From the NCBI GenBank assembly GCA_038087875.1, contig JAXLNO010000077.1, positions 62,001 to 83,732 on the forward strand: DNA of 21,732 nt, written 5' to 3'. The position numbers were made by a program, and so were the translations under genes. Under the pieces are notes generated by a model. It searched no databases. It saw only the letters and a list, made by a program, of their open reading frames with translations, and was not told the DNA's origin. Source of the stretch: Malacoraja senta (lineage: Eukaryota). Of this stretch, positions 10,107 to 21,732 are shown piece by piece; positions within the stretch are counted from its first letter, which is position 1; every line of letters begins with the position of its first letter.

Positions 10107-11756
10107 TAGTACCCTCCATAATGTTTGGGACAAAGACCCATCATTTATTTATTTGCCTCTGTACTCCACAATTTGAGATTTGTAATAGATTTGTAATAGA
10201 AAAAAATCACATGTGGTTAATCACATGTTGCACATTGTCAGATTTTAATAAAGGCCATTTTTATACATTTTGGTTTCACCATGTGGAAATAACAGCAGTG
10301 TTTATACATAGTCCCCCCCATTTCAGGGCACCATAACGTTTGGGACACAGCAATGTCATGTAAATGAAAGTAGTCTAGTATTTTGTTGCATATCCTTTGC
10401 ATGCAATGACTGCTTGAAATCTGCGATTCATGGACATCACCAGTTGCTGGGTGTCTTCTCTGGTGATGCTCTGCCAGGCCTGTATTGCAGCCATCTTTAG
10501 CTTCTGCTTGTTTTTGGAGCTAGTCCCCTTCAGTTTTCCCTTCAGCATATAAAAGGCATGCTCAATTGGGTTCAGATCGGATGATTGACTTGGTGACACA
10601 AGAATTGACCATTTTTTAGCTTTGAAAAACTCCTTTGTTGCTTAAGCAGTATGTTTGGGATCATTGTCTTGCTGTAGAATGAACCGCCTGCCAATGAGTA
10701 TTGAGGCATTTGTATGAACGAGCAGATAGGATGTGCCTATACACTTCAGAATTCATAATGCTACTACCATCAGCAGTTGTATCATCAATGAAGATAAGTG
10801 AGCCAGTACCTTCAGCAGCCATTCAGGCCATAACACCCCCACCACCGTATTTCACAGATGAGGTGGTATGCGTTGGATCTTGGGCAGTTCCTTCTCTCCT
10901 CCATACTTTGCTCTTGCCATCACTCTGATATAAGTTAATCTTCGTCTGATCTGTCCACAAGACCTTTTTCCATAACTGTGGCTGCTCTTTTAAGTACTTC
11001 TTGGCAAACTGTAACCTGGCCATCCTATTTTTGCAGCTAACCAGTGGTTTGCATCTTGCAATGTAGCCTCTGTATTTCTGTTCATGAAGTCTTCTGCGGA
11101 CGGTGGTCATTGAGAAATCCACACCTGACTCTTGAAGAGTGTTTCTGATCTGTCGGACAGGTGTTTGGGGATTTTTCTTCATTATAGAGAGAATTCTTCT
11201 GTCATCAGCTGTGGAGGTCTTCCTTGGCCTGCCAGTCCCTTTGCGATTAGTAAGCTCACCAGAGCTCTCTTTCTGCTTAATGATGTTCCAAACAGTTGAT
11301 TTTGGTAAGCCTAAGGTTTGGCTGATGTCTCTAACAGTTTTATTCTTGGTTGGCTCATAATGGCTTCTTTGACTTTCATTGGCACAACTTTGGTCCTCAT
11401 GTTGATAAACAGCAATAAAAGTTTCCAAAGGTGATGGAAAGACTGAAGGAAAGACGAGGTGCTGAGAGCTCTCTTATACCTGCATTAAGGAGGCAATTAT
11501 TATGCACCTGAGCAATTACAAACACCTGTGAAGCCATGTGTCCCAAACATTATGGTGCCCTGAAATGAGGGGAGTGTGTATAAACACTGCTGTAATTTCT
11601 ACATGGTGAAACCAAAATGTATAAAAATGGCCTTTGTCTGACAATGTGCACTTTAACCACATGTGATTTTTTTTCTATTACAAATTTCAAATTGTGGAGT
11701 ACAGAGGGAAATAAATAAATGATGGATCTTTGTTCCAAACATTATGGAGGGCACTG
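10107..11756 (-). mobile_element. Full-length Tc1-family DNA transposon with IR/DR-type long terminal inverted repeats
   Basis: TA target dinucleotides at 10105-10106 and 11757-11758. TIRs at ~10107-10349 and 11537-11756, each bounded by the direct repeat ccataa(t/c)gtttgg(g/a)aca. Internal transposase on the minus strand. Confidence 0.95.
10375..11400 (-). pseudogene. Tc1 transposase (DD34E), disrupted
   Basis: ATG at 11400 (MRTKVVPMKVKEAIM), paired-like HTH (ISQTLGLPKSTVWNII), GRPRKT linker, VLWTDQTKIN, QQDNDPKH and SDLNPIEH, with 34 residues between the second D and E. Has a frameshift near the N-terminus, a break near 10823, and an in-frame TAA after DPKHTA. Confidence 0.93.
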
Positions 11757-11955
11757 TATAGTGTGCAAATTGATCGCTCCATTTCCTACACAAAACCATC
11801 CCAATAGTGAATATCTCCCTCAGTACTACATGTCTGCAGACTAGATTTTTGAAACATTTGTAACTCCAATGTACTTCCTTCGCTTCCTACCAACAAGGGA
11901 AGGAAGTACTTTGTAACTACAACTGCAGTTCTGAAAGGTATTATAGAAATGCAGG

Positions 11956-12110
11956 ACTTCCGGTGGTGCTATGGAGGCTTGAGTCCAGTGCCAACTAGCT
12001 CCGTGCCGAAGAAATTCAAAACGGGAGAAAATCGGGTCTTACCTGCAGCGATCGCGATCTGAACGGTTGCCTGCCGCGTGACGTCATCAGGCGCGCGACT
12101 TTGACGGTAT
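11956..12110 (+). promoter_or_regulatory. L1 internal promoter / 5' UTR
   Basis: ETS motif ACTTCCGG at the very 5' end (11956-11963), perfect CRE TGACGTCA at 12079-12086, many retained CpGs. Confidence 0.55.
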
Positions 12111-12172
12111 GTCGTTACAACGTACCCCCCCCCGTGGGGACACAAAAAAAAACCGTTAAAGGGAAACCACCG

Positions 12173-13141
12173 ATGGAAGAGGAAGGCCTAACTGAGGCCT
12201 CGGCCTCAGTTACAATGACGGCCCAGGAAGACCCTCCGAAGAAATCAAAGCAGAAAAAGTCTGAAATGGATGATCTTAAAACTTTTCTCACTGCTGAGTT
12301 GAAAACCTTTGGAGAGAATTTTAAAGAGGAACTTAACTTTTTTAAGGTAGATTTTAAAGCAGAAATGCTTTCTACCGTTCAAGAAATACTGGAAGTCTGG
12401 AAGAGGTCGAGGGAGGAAGAGGTCAAGGAACAGATGGAAGTGCTCGAAGCCAGGCTCGTTTCGGTGGAAGCGAACGTTAAAATGGATGTGGCCCCCATTC
12501 ATCAAGAACTCGATCAACATAGAACAGCGATAACCGAACTTGAGAAATGGGCGGCGGCAAGTGAGGAAACTGTAAGTCGACTCCTTACTGAAAACCAACG
12601 CCTCTCCGGTATGGTGATCAAATTAAGTGATAAATGTACCGATTTGGAGGGGCGTCAAAGACGTAAGAATCTAAGAATTGTAGGGGTGAAAGAAGGAAGT
12701 GAGAGGGAAATGGGCTCTCGGGATTTTGTGGCAGACCTACTATAAAAAGCCTTAAAATTGGATCAAAAACCTTCACTCGGTCGAGCTCATAGAGCGCAGC
12801 GACGTCGTGCACAAGATGATGCCCATCCAAGACAAATTATCGTAAAGGTGCAACTGGATCATGAATTTGACGAGATAATGAAGAAAATCGTCCGAAGCGG
12901 ACAGCTCTATTTTGAAGGTGTGAGGTTCAGTATTTACCGAGATTATCCGGCAGAGGTCTTCAAGAAAAGGGCGCTGTTCACTGAGACAAAAAGAATACTG
13001 AAGAATGTACCTGATTTGAGATACGGCCTGCTTTACCCCGCAAGACTAAGAGTCACCTACAAGAACAAGGAGCAATTTTTTACAGACCACGAAAAAGCAC
13101 TGGAATATGCCAAAGAAATCGGGAACGTGACCACAGACTGA
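12173..13141 (+). pseudogene. L1 ORF1p (coiled coil + RRM + CTD) with a single in-frame stop
   Basis: Coiled-coil region, DLEGRQRRKNLRIVGVKEG, RAHR, PRQIIVK, IYRDYP, YGLLYPARLRVT. ORFs 12101-12745 and 12758-13141 are in the same frame, separated only by TAA at 12743-12745. Start codon uncertain (ATG 12173, or 12109 with a homopolymer slip). Confidence 0.9.
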
Positions 13142-13697
13142 AGAATTTACATTACTCCTCAGGAGTCAAGGATTAACGGGACCGCCAGATCTAAAAGGAC
13201 CTTTAAAGTTCTTTTAAGAGCTTTAAGGACATTCGAAAACCGAAATGGACGGTGGACATTGGAGAAAACCGTGTTTTTTTTTAATTTTTATTTTTATTTT
13301 TATTAATCACTATTATTATCTGTATATTCATATCTACCTATATATGTAACAACTAATACTTATTAAATACCTATATTACTACTAAAATTATTAACATTTA
13401 TATTACTCATAAAAATTTAATACTGGGTATGATTGATAACAATGATTAATAACTAATAGTCTTTGGTTAACGTAGAAATGAATTACATACTTATATTATA
13501 TAGGAAGATATGCAAGAGGTAATTCAGCCTATGTCATAATAAGGTTTGACGGTTTTCTCTTTATTTTTCAATTTAAAATTAAATTTATAGATTTAGCGAA
13601 GATATTAATATGATATGTAGAGAATAATAACGTTGTGAATTTATGCTGTTCTCGGACTTTTCTGCAGGGATGCGTGCTTATGTATGTATGCATATGG

Positions 13698-13801
<104 letters not shown>

Positions 13802-14220
13802 GTGTATGTATGTATGTGTGTATGTATGGGTATGTATATATGTTTGTTACTCCCAAAGAAGTTATTTGATTGTTAGAAATAATCTTCTTTTTTTTTTCGG
13901 GCACGGAGCTGGGAATTTTTTTTTTACAAAGGCTATGGAAGTCTTTAGAATTCTAGCCACGTTAGTGTGGCTATCACTAACTACACTAATTGTAGATGTA
14001 GTTTTTTTTCTTTCACCCTATACTAACCAATTCTATCACTTTTTTCACTTTAAATATTTTTATAACTTAATGTTTGAATGGAAAAACAAGACTAATACAA
14101 GGAGATGTGTTTGGAAGAGCGATGTATATGATTTTAAATTCATCTATTTGAGGTTCGGGAGCAGGGTCAGGTTTTATGTGTTGCACCTTCTGCTCGGTTA
14201 TAGACCACCTTAGAAACAAT

Positions 14221-17200
14221 ATGCAAGATGTTAATATGACAAGAGGGGGTCAGGGAATAACATTTTGTAGTTGGAATGTCAAGGGAATCAATGAACCAAT
14301 TAAGAGAGGTAAAATTTTGGCACATCTAAATTTAATCAAAACAGATATAATATTCCTTCAAGAAACACACCTTAAAAAGGAATCTCAACATAGACTTAAA
14401 GCTAAGTGGATCGCTGAATCATATCATTCCTCTTTTTCCCATAAGTCCAGAGGAGTTGCAATATTAATTCGTAAAGGAATACCTTTTACGAATTCATCAA
14501 CAATAGCGGATATTGATGGTAGATATATTATATTAGTTGGAGAGTTAAATGGAGAAAAAGTGATTCTTCTTAATGTATATGGGCCTAATTTTGATAACCC
14601 TATGTTTTTTAATAAAACATTTAATTAAATTCCTGAATTTACACAATATAAATTAATAATTGGAGGAGACTTCAATTGTACATTAGATTCATACTTAGCT
14701 AGATCATCAAGGCAAAAAAAAGTAACATCTCAATCAAGTGTATTTCTAAATTCATTTATTAATACCACTAATATTAAGGATGTCTGGAGAATAGAAAATC
14801 CAACTGGACGGGAATACTCATTTTACTCACCAGTACACAAAACATACTCAAGAATAGATTATTTTTTAGTTGACTCCGCGTTTATCCCATTTACTTATAA
14901 CTCAAAATATCATAATATTATAATCTCAGATCACGCACCTGTAACATTCATGATTAAATTAAATGGAATGTCCGAGAAACAAACATATTGGAGATTTAAC
15001 CCACAAATTTTGAACGAAAGATCATGCCAGGAATATATTATTAAACAGATTCAAATATTTTTTGAGGTAAATGACAACCCTGACACACCTACTTCTCTTA
15101 TGTGGGAAACGTTTAAAGCGTTTGTTCGAGGTGCATTAATTTCTGCTCAAGTATTTTATAATAAAGAGAACAGGATTAAACAACAAACATTGGAAAGGGA
15201 AATCAAGCAACTAGATATAGAAAATGCGAGAATGCCATCTATTTTAAAACATAATAAAATTGCTGTATTGAAATATAAATTAAATAAAATGTATTCAGAA
15301 CAAGTAATAAAACTTTATCAAAAAACCAAACAATTACATTTTGAATTTGGAGACAAACCACAAAAACTATTAGCACGTCAGTTACGAAAAATGGAAGGGG
15401 AAAAAATAATTCATAAAATTAGAACAGAGACAGGAGAATTATTAAAAATGCCCAAGGACATAAATGAAAGATTTCTCCAATACTATCATAACCTTTATTC
15501 AACTAAAACTGTAGCACAATCAGAAGGAATAGCAGATTTTTTACTAAAATATAATTTAAAAGGTTTAGATTCAAACGATAGAGAATTATTAGAAAGGGAG
15601 ATTACGATAAAGGATATTGAGGAATCTATTGGCTCTTTAAAAAATGGTAAAGCAGTAGGACCAGATGGTTTAGGCTCTGAATTTTATTAAAAAAATTATG
15701 ACTTGCTCTGCCCACGTTTACAAAGGCTGTATGAGCATATCTATACTCAACAGAAACTTCCAGATACTTTAAATGAATCTATAATAACACTTATTCCTAA
15801 AGCTGATAAAGATCCGGAAGATCCGGGATCGTATAGAGCAATTGCACTTTTAAATACAGATCAGAAAATATTAACTAAAATACTAGCGCATAGATTAAGT
15901 ACAGTGATGAATAAATTAATATACCCTGACCAAACAGGCTTTATTCAGAAACGGTACTCATATTATAATCTAAGAAGATTATTTAATATTATTTATTCTA
16001 AGAGAATTATTAATGATCTGGCAATAATCTCACTTGACGCTGAAAAAGCATTTGATCAGGTTGAATGGTCTTATTTATTTTCGGTGATGGAAAATATGCA
16101 GCTAGGGGAGAAATTCTGCACATGGATAAAACTGTTATATACAAATCCTACGGCTAGAATATTAACAAACCAAAGGTTGTCATCTAAATTCAGCCTATCT
16201 AGAGGTTGTAGACAAGGATGCCCGTTATCTCCATTATTATTTGCGCTTGCTATTGAGCCACTCGCAGAAAGAGTTAGGGGTCATCCGAAAATATATGGGT
16301 ATATCACAAAGGACACAGTGAATAAAATCTCTCTATACGCAGATGATGTACTAATTTACATTACAAAACCAGAAATTAGTATTCCAAACTTATTAGAGCT
16401 AATAACCCAATTTGGTTCACTCTCAGGATACAGAATAAATTGGAATAAAAGTGAAATTATGCCAATAAGGGAACATAACAAACAGATAATACAACAATTT
16501 CCATTTTAAATAGTAAATGAAAAATTTAAATACCTAGGTATTTATGTAACTAAGATATATACATCATTATTTAAAGCAAATTTCCCCCCCATTACTGAAC
16601 AAACTACATAAGAATATTCAATACTGGAAAACACTTCCTATCTCAATGGTTGGCAAAATTAATGCCATAAAAATGATTTTTTTTACCGCAAATATTATAC
16701 CTTTTTCAGACAATTCCGATATATTTGTCAAAAAACTTTTTTTTAAATTGGACTCCATTGTTAATGATTTTATCTGGGATTATAAGAATCATAGGATAAA
16801 TAAAAGGCATTTGTGTAAATCAAAAATAAATGGAGGCTTGGTTTTACCCAACTTTCTGTTTTATTTTTGGGCAGTTAATATTAAAAATATGAATTTCTGG
16901 TTGGAAGAAATAGATCAACAACCAGATTGGTTAAAAATGGAAAAGGAAGATTGTTTGCCTTTTGATATCGGTTCGATATTATTTGCTACATCTAAATTAA
17001 ACAAAACAATTGATAGGGAAAACCCTATAATATTTAGTGCCATACAAATTTGGAAACAATTAAAAAAGACATTAAAATTAGATAATTTATCACTTTTTCT
17101 CCCAATTGTGAATAACCCTTTGTTTAAGCCCTCATGGTTGGACAGGGGTTTTACACAATGGAAGAATTATGGAATTAAAAATATGGGACAACTTTACAAG

Positions 17201-18338
17201 GAAGGCACTTTTCTGACATTTCAGGAGTTGCAACAGACTTATGGACTCCGAGGAAATTATTATTTCAGATATCTTCAACTCAGAGATTATGTAAAATCGA
17301 ATACTCAAAATTTTCGAATTAGAAATTCAGAAATTCTTGACGAATGTTGGAATAAACATCCTAATACAGAAAAATTAATATCTTATATATATAATACCTT
17401 ATATAATCGCGGAGCACGGATTCGGCCGCTGGACTGGCTTACCGTCGCCCGGCGGGGTCACAGCATCAGAAGCCTGGATCGCCTCAGCGCAGAGGGAGAA
17501 GAAAGCGGGAAGAGACAGAGACTTTAAGACTTTTGCCTCCATCACAGTGAGGAGGTACCTGGTGAACTCACTGTGGTGGATGTTAATTTGTGTTTATTGT
17601 GTGTTTTGTCATTTATTATTATATGTATGACTGCAGGCAACGAAATTTCGTTCAGACCGAAAGGTCTGAATGACAAATAAAGGAATCTCTAATCTCTAAT
17701 CTCTTATTAGACAGTGACATTCCATCGACGGACTTACACAGACAAACATGGGAAAAATAATTAAATCAAATAATAACGAAAGATACTTGGGAAGAAAGTT
17801 TACAACACATACATCAATGTTCATTAAATGCCAGACATTCTTTAATACAATTTAAAGTAATACATAGGTTACATTATTCAAAAACAAAATTACATAAAAT
17901 CTTTCAACATATCTCACCTATATGTGATAAATGTCAACATTTAGAAGCTACCTTATCTCATATGTTTGCAAGCTGTATAAAAATTAAAAAATCTGGGTAA
18001 ATATTTTTAGTATAATATCTAAAGTGACCAGCACACAATTGGACCCGGATCCAAAATTAATAATACTCGGAACATTAGAATTAAATCAAACATTTACAAC
18101 AACACAAAGAAACTTTATTGATTATAGTATAATAACAGGAAAAAAATTAATTCTAAAATTTTGGAAAGGCCCTACGTCCCCCACAATCAAAATGTGGATT
18201 ATAGAAATGACGGAGACCTTAAACGTGGAAAGAATCAGATTTTCCCTGTTGGACAAACAGGAATTATTCGTTGGAACATGGTCTCCCTTTATTGATTATT
18301 TAAAGGGTCAGAATGGCTCAGCACAGGAACCTGACTAA
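14221..18338 (+). pseudogene. L1 ORF2p (APE endonuclease, RT, CCHC zinc knuckle), disrupted
   Basis: SWNVKG, LQETH, NVYGPN, GGDFN, SRIDYF, SDH; KAVGPDG, YRAIALLNTDQKIL, LDAEKAFD, RQGCPLSPLLF, LYADD; CDKC-x8-H-x4-C at ~17923-17976. In-frame TAAs at 14626, 15688, 16507 and 17758, a few single-base slips, and a 300-bp insert. Confidence 0.95.
17403..17702 (+). mobile_element. GC-rich non-coding retroposon (copy 2; 5'-truncated, intact 3' end) nested in L1 ORF2
   Basis: Flanked by cttat (17398-17402 and 17703-17707). Removing it restores the ORF2 frame (YNTL-LDSDIPSTD). Ends in aatttcgtt-hairpin-atgacaaataaa plus an (aatctct)n tail. Confidence 0.85.
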
Positions 18339-18821
18339 TACTCGGGCTAAAGAATGGATGAAATGCTATACTCTGAAATGTACGAATATATCTCGAATGA
18401 AGTTTTTTATTTTAATACATTTTTCCATTCTTCTTTAACTATCTTTCTCTTTTGTATTTTTTTTTTTTTTTTTTTTTTTTCTCTTTTTCTTCTCTCTCTT
18501 TTCTTTCTTTACTTCATCTATCTTTTTAGTTCTATCTAGTTTTAAAAAAAAAGGCAAAAGGTATTGGAGACAATGTAATAATAATTGATAATATTATCAA
18601 TTTAAAAATGTAAGACTGTAATGATGTTAATAGGTTGTGTACTTATCTCCAATAAAAAATGTTTAAATTTTTTTTAAAAAAATAAATAAATAAATAAATA
18701 GAAAAAAATTAAATAAAAAAATAAATTTAAACAAATGATTAAAAAAAAATTTAAAAAAATAAAAAAGAAATGCAGGCAAGTTTATGATCTTTGCTGGGAC
18801 ATTTTATTGGACAAAAATCAT

Positions 18822-19212
18822 CTATAAGGAGAGGTTGAATTAACTTGCATTGTTTTCTCTGGAGCATCGGAGGCTGAAGGGAAACCTGACATAAATATAT
18901 ACAATTATGAGACATAGATAGTATAGACAAGTCTGACCTTTTTTAGATAAGTTGGCAAAGCTTTAAAGTGAGAAGGGCAAAGTTTAAAGCAGATGTGCAG
19001 GACATTTTTTTTTAAACAGAGTTGTGAGTGCCTGCCATGCGTTGCCAGGGGTGGTTGTGAAGGCAGGTACAATGGTTATACTTTAGAGGTTTTTGGGTAA
19101 GCACATGGACATTCAAAGAATGGAGGGATATGGATCATGTGCAGACAGAGGAGATGAGTTTAACTTGGCATCATTGTAGGCCGAAGGGCATGTTCCTATG
19201 CTGTACTGTGTT
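18822..19212 (+). mobile_element. CR1 LINE 3' end
   Basis: YKERLN..LFSLEHRRLKGNL..IYTIMR remnant, then atggagggatatgg and ggccgaagggcatgttcctatgctgtactgt 3' UTR. Confidence 0.85.
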
Positions 19213-19574
19213 TTTTTTAGTTACCAGAAAAACGTACCTTGCAAGTAGCAAAAGCTGTAACCATAAATCTGTCAGTTAACTGGCTGCCCCAGGGAAATCA
19301 TTGAAGGTCATAGAAAATATGGATCCTCATATTAGTAGTATGTTCTTGCCCAACAGTCCAAAGTAGTTGCCAAACGGGTTGGATGTTAAATCTCCCACTG
19401 TTTGCATTAAGGAAATACACCGATGTTGAGAATTTAATGGGAAAAAAAGAAGTTGCGTCTAGCTAACATCATAATGGATCTGCTTTACTGAACACGAAAG
19501 TTAACACAAGTAGTTTCTTCTTGTTGAATATGATAGAGAAAATGATAAATTGAGTTGAATATGATAAAGAGAAA

Positions 19575-19868
19575 ATGGTTCTGCTGGCGAGGAATTCAAT
19601 AACTAAGGAAATAATTTTTAAACTAATAACAATAAATTAGGGAAAAAATTGATTTAAGTAGCGGTACCATGATCAGGAAATACTGCCTTAAAATTAGGAG
19701 AGGCAAATTAAGAAAAACTTTCAGAAAAGGAAAAGGATAAGTTATTGAAAAAATGAATTTAGAGGGATATGGGCCAAACGTGGGCATGTAGGACTAGTAG
19801 AAATGGAACAATTTGGTCGGCATGGGCAAGTTGAGCCGAAGGGCCTGTTTCCATGCGGAATGACTACG
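19575..19868 (+). mobile_element. CR1 3' end fragment(s), decayed 5' part
   Basis: tttagagggatatgggccaaacgtgggc...ggtcggcatgggcaagttgagccgaagggcctgtttccatgc is the reverse complement of the tail at 5986-6080. Confidence 0.75.
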
Positions 19869-20056
19869 AGTTATGGCTCTATGAGCAGGACTGTGTGTTG
19901 TTCATTAAATAACCTACCATTGGTATGATAGGTTGAATGCTGCCTTAAATGTAATAGGACTATCATTATAAAAGAGAGTGGTTTGAACAAACATATTCCC
20001 AAAACTTTGCTTCTCCTTTAATTGGTAAAAAAACATTGCAATTGAAAATAACTTAC

Positions 20057-20104
20057 CCGGCAGGCAATCTCTCCTCTGTTCGCAATGAGGATTTTATCAA
20101 ATGT
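20057..20104 (-). CDS. PCCA: Internal 48-bp exon of propionyl-CoA carboxylase alpha chain (equivalent to PCCA exon 3; start of biotin carboxylase domain)
   Basis: Minus strand ttgtttttgtttaatttccactgcAG|ACA TTT GAT AAA ATC CTC ATT GCG AAC AGA GGA GAG ATT GCC TGC CGG|GTAAGT = TFDKILIANRGEIACR, phase 0/0, with a consensus donor and acceptor. Peptide and boundaries fit PCCA better than MCCC1 or PC. Too short for the ORF track. Confidence 0.92.
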
Positions 20105-21186
20105 CTGCAGTGGAAATTAAACAAAAACAACCTTAGCAGCTGATATATTAAATGCTCGAAAATTGATATGAATATTTAACATAATATTTAATGTTCTACT
20201 AATTTCTCCCTCCCTCTTTTTATTTAATAGATTTCTTGCAAAATCAGAGGGGCAAGAGCATCCCTCTCAAAGAGGGGATTTCAGCATTATAAAGTTTTCT
20301 TTGATCAATTGATAATAATCAGGCACATGAAGATGAACTGATTTTACTCTCAAGCTAAAGTTTCTGGAGCAAAGTGTTAGATCCTTGCCAAGTAATCAGC
20401 ATAAAATGAATTCGATGCGGATCTCCTTTATACAAGTTCAACACTTCTTTGCTTTTATATTTTTACCCTGTGTAAAAAAAAATTCTCTTTGTGCTTTTTT
20501 GCCTTTTCTACTTGGATTTTTACCTTTGTTAAAATGTGTAATTACACTGAACATTCTTTAACACTCAACATTCACTCTGCTTTATGGATACTTGTCCTTT
20601 CATTGATTGTCAAAATATATTTAGTTAATATTTCATTTTCCATCAATCTGGCATTCCACTGTCAATCCTCTACACTCTTGCTCTTGTTGCAAAGCTCCTT
20701 AATTTATAACTGAGAACAAACACCATTCCTTCTTTGCCTACAACCACATTTCCAAAGAGAAAATAAAGTTCCAGGCACAAATACATTACCATCCAAATCA
20801 TAGTCATCTAAAAGGCATGCATTACTGCACTATTTCCGAAGCCCAAGTAACCTCACTATCTACCTGGCAACATATTCTAGAATGCTAAGTGTTTGTACAA
20901 CATCTTTTTTTGGTATCTTTTCTCAGGTTTGTTAACAAAAAAACCATGTTAAGGTATTTCAGTTTCTGCAGTTGCACAAATATAAAACATCTAGAAACTA
21001 AAAGTCTCATCTTGACCACTTCCTGTCTGCGCTGTATATTGATTTTAGAAAAATCGCTACCATATATCGCTATGATTTTTGGCCATCTTACTCACAGTCC
21101 TCCTCCGCTGAGGCAGCCCCGAGGATTTTTCCGATCGATGAAAAATAAAAAAGTTATGAATGTTTAAAAAATCTTGAGATCAGTTG

Positions 21187-21366
21187 ATTGGTCGTCTCGC
21201 CTGTCAATCTCCATGATGAAGATAACACCCCTTCCGGAGGGGGGCAGGACTATAAAACCCCGGATGCCTGGACGCGAGTCAGTCACTCTGGAAGATCGCG
21301 AGGGAGGGGCAACAACTGTGATTCTGCTGTGAGTCTACTGAACTGTGAGTCTACTGAACGGTGAGT
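21187..21366 (+). promoter_or_regulatory. Pol II core promoter and first-exon donor within the putative Helitron
   Basis: ATTGG (reverse CCAAT) 21187-21191, CTTCCGG 21231-21237, G-rich box 21239-21248, TATAAAA 21251-21257, Inr TCAGTC 21279-21284 with A+1 exactly 30 nt after the TATA start, and donor CG|GTGAGT at 21360/21361. Confidence 0.55.
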
Positions 21367-21411
21367 CTAACCTTTATGTGCTTTATGTGGTTATGTGCTT
21401 TATGTGGTTAA

Positions 21412-21732
21412 CCCTTTATGTGCTTACAATAAATGATTTGTTAGCCAGCAATGTGCTTGCAATGAATGATGATTTGTTAACCCTTAATGTGCTTGCAATA
21501 AATGATTTGTTAGCCAGCAATGTGCTGGCAATGAATAATGATTTGTTAACCCTTAATGTGCTTGCAATAAATGATTTGTTAGCCAGTAATGTGTTTGCAA
21601 TGAATGATGATTTGTTAACGCTTAATGTGCTTGCAATAAATGATTTGTTAGCCAGCAATGTGCTTGCAATGAATTATGATTTGTTAACCCTTAATGTGCT
21701 TGCAATAAATGATTTGTTAGTCAGTAATGTGC
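21412..21732. repeat. 69-bp minisatellite made of alternating 33-bp and 36-bp related subunits (at least 4.6 units, truncated by window)
   Basis: A = aatgtgcttgcaataaatgatttgttagccagc; B = aatgtgcttgcaatgaatgatgatttgttaaccctt. Period markers at 21412, 21481, 21550, 21619 and 21688. Confidence 0.95.

Larger units (their letters stand above)
20990..21732 (+). mobile_element. Probable Helitron (non-autonomous) 5' portion, running off the window
   Basis: Begins A|TCTAGAAACTAAAA (5' TC after target A, resembling the TCTATA..TAAAA Helitron start), with a shift to CpG-containing sequence and internal tandem repeats. The diagnostic 3' hairpin-CTAG end is not in the window. Confidence 0.55.

Noticed and set aside
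20231..20340. Plus-strand acceptor with good pyrimidine tract as a TDP2 exon
   Set aside because: All three frames close within about 110 nt and none resembles TDP2.
21412..21732. CRISPR-like array
   Set aside because: No unique spacers, strict 69-bp tandem periodicity, vertebrate context and no cas genes.

Overview
Eukaryotic, repeat-rich vertebrate DNA. The HE1-type V-SINEs and CR1 tails suggest a cartilaginous fish, probably a skate or ray (inference). Only two host exons are recognisable, on opposite strands. One is a 48-bp minus-strand exon encoding TFDKILIANRGEIACR, matching PCCA exon 3 (20057-20104). The other is a CpG-island plus-strand first coding exon with a TDP2-type UBA-like domain (5199-5474). 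I found no neighbouring exon of either gene, so the two are interleaved antisense or one is a displaced copy. The rest is mostly mobile DNA: a full-length, nearly intact L1 with an 11-bp TSD; a full-length IR/DR Tc1 (DD34E); a 5'-truncated Rex1/Babar LINE; several CR1 3' ends; two V-SINEs; Penelope-type repeats with decayed hammerhead cores; and a probable Helitron 5' end carrying a textbook Pol II core promoter and a 69-bp dimeric minisatellite. The most novel-looking item is a GC-rich, highly structured, non-coding retroposon present twice, nested in the Rex1 RT and in L1 ORF2. It has a conserved hairpin and a Rex1-like 3' end but no Pol III head.
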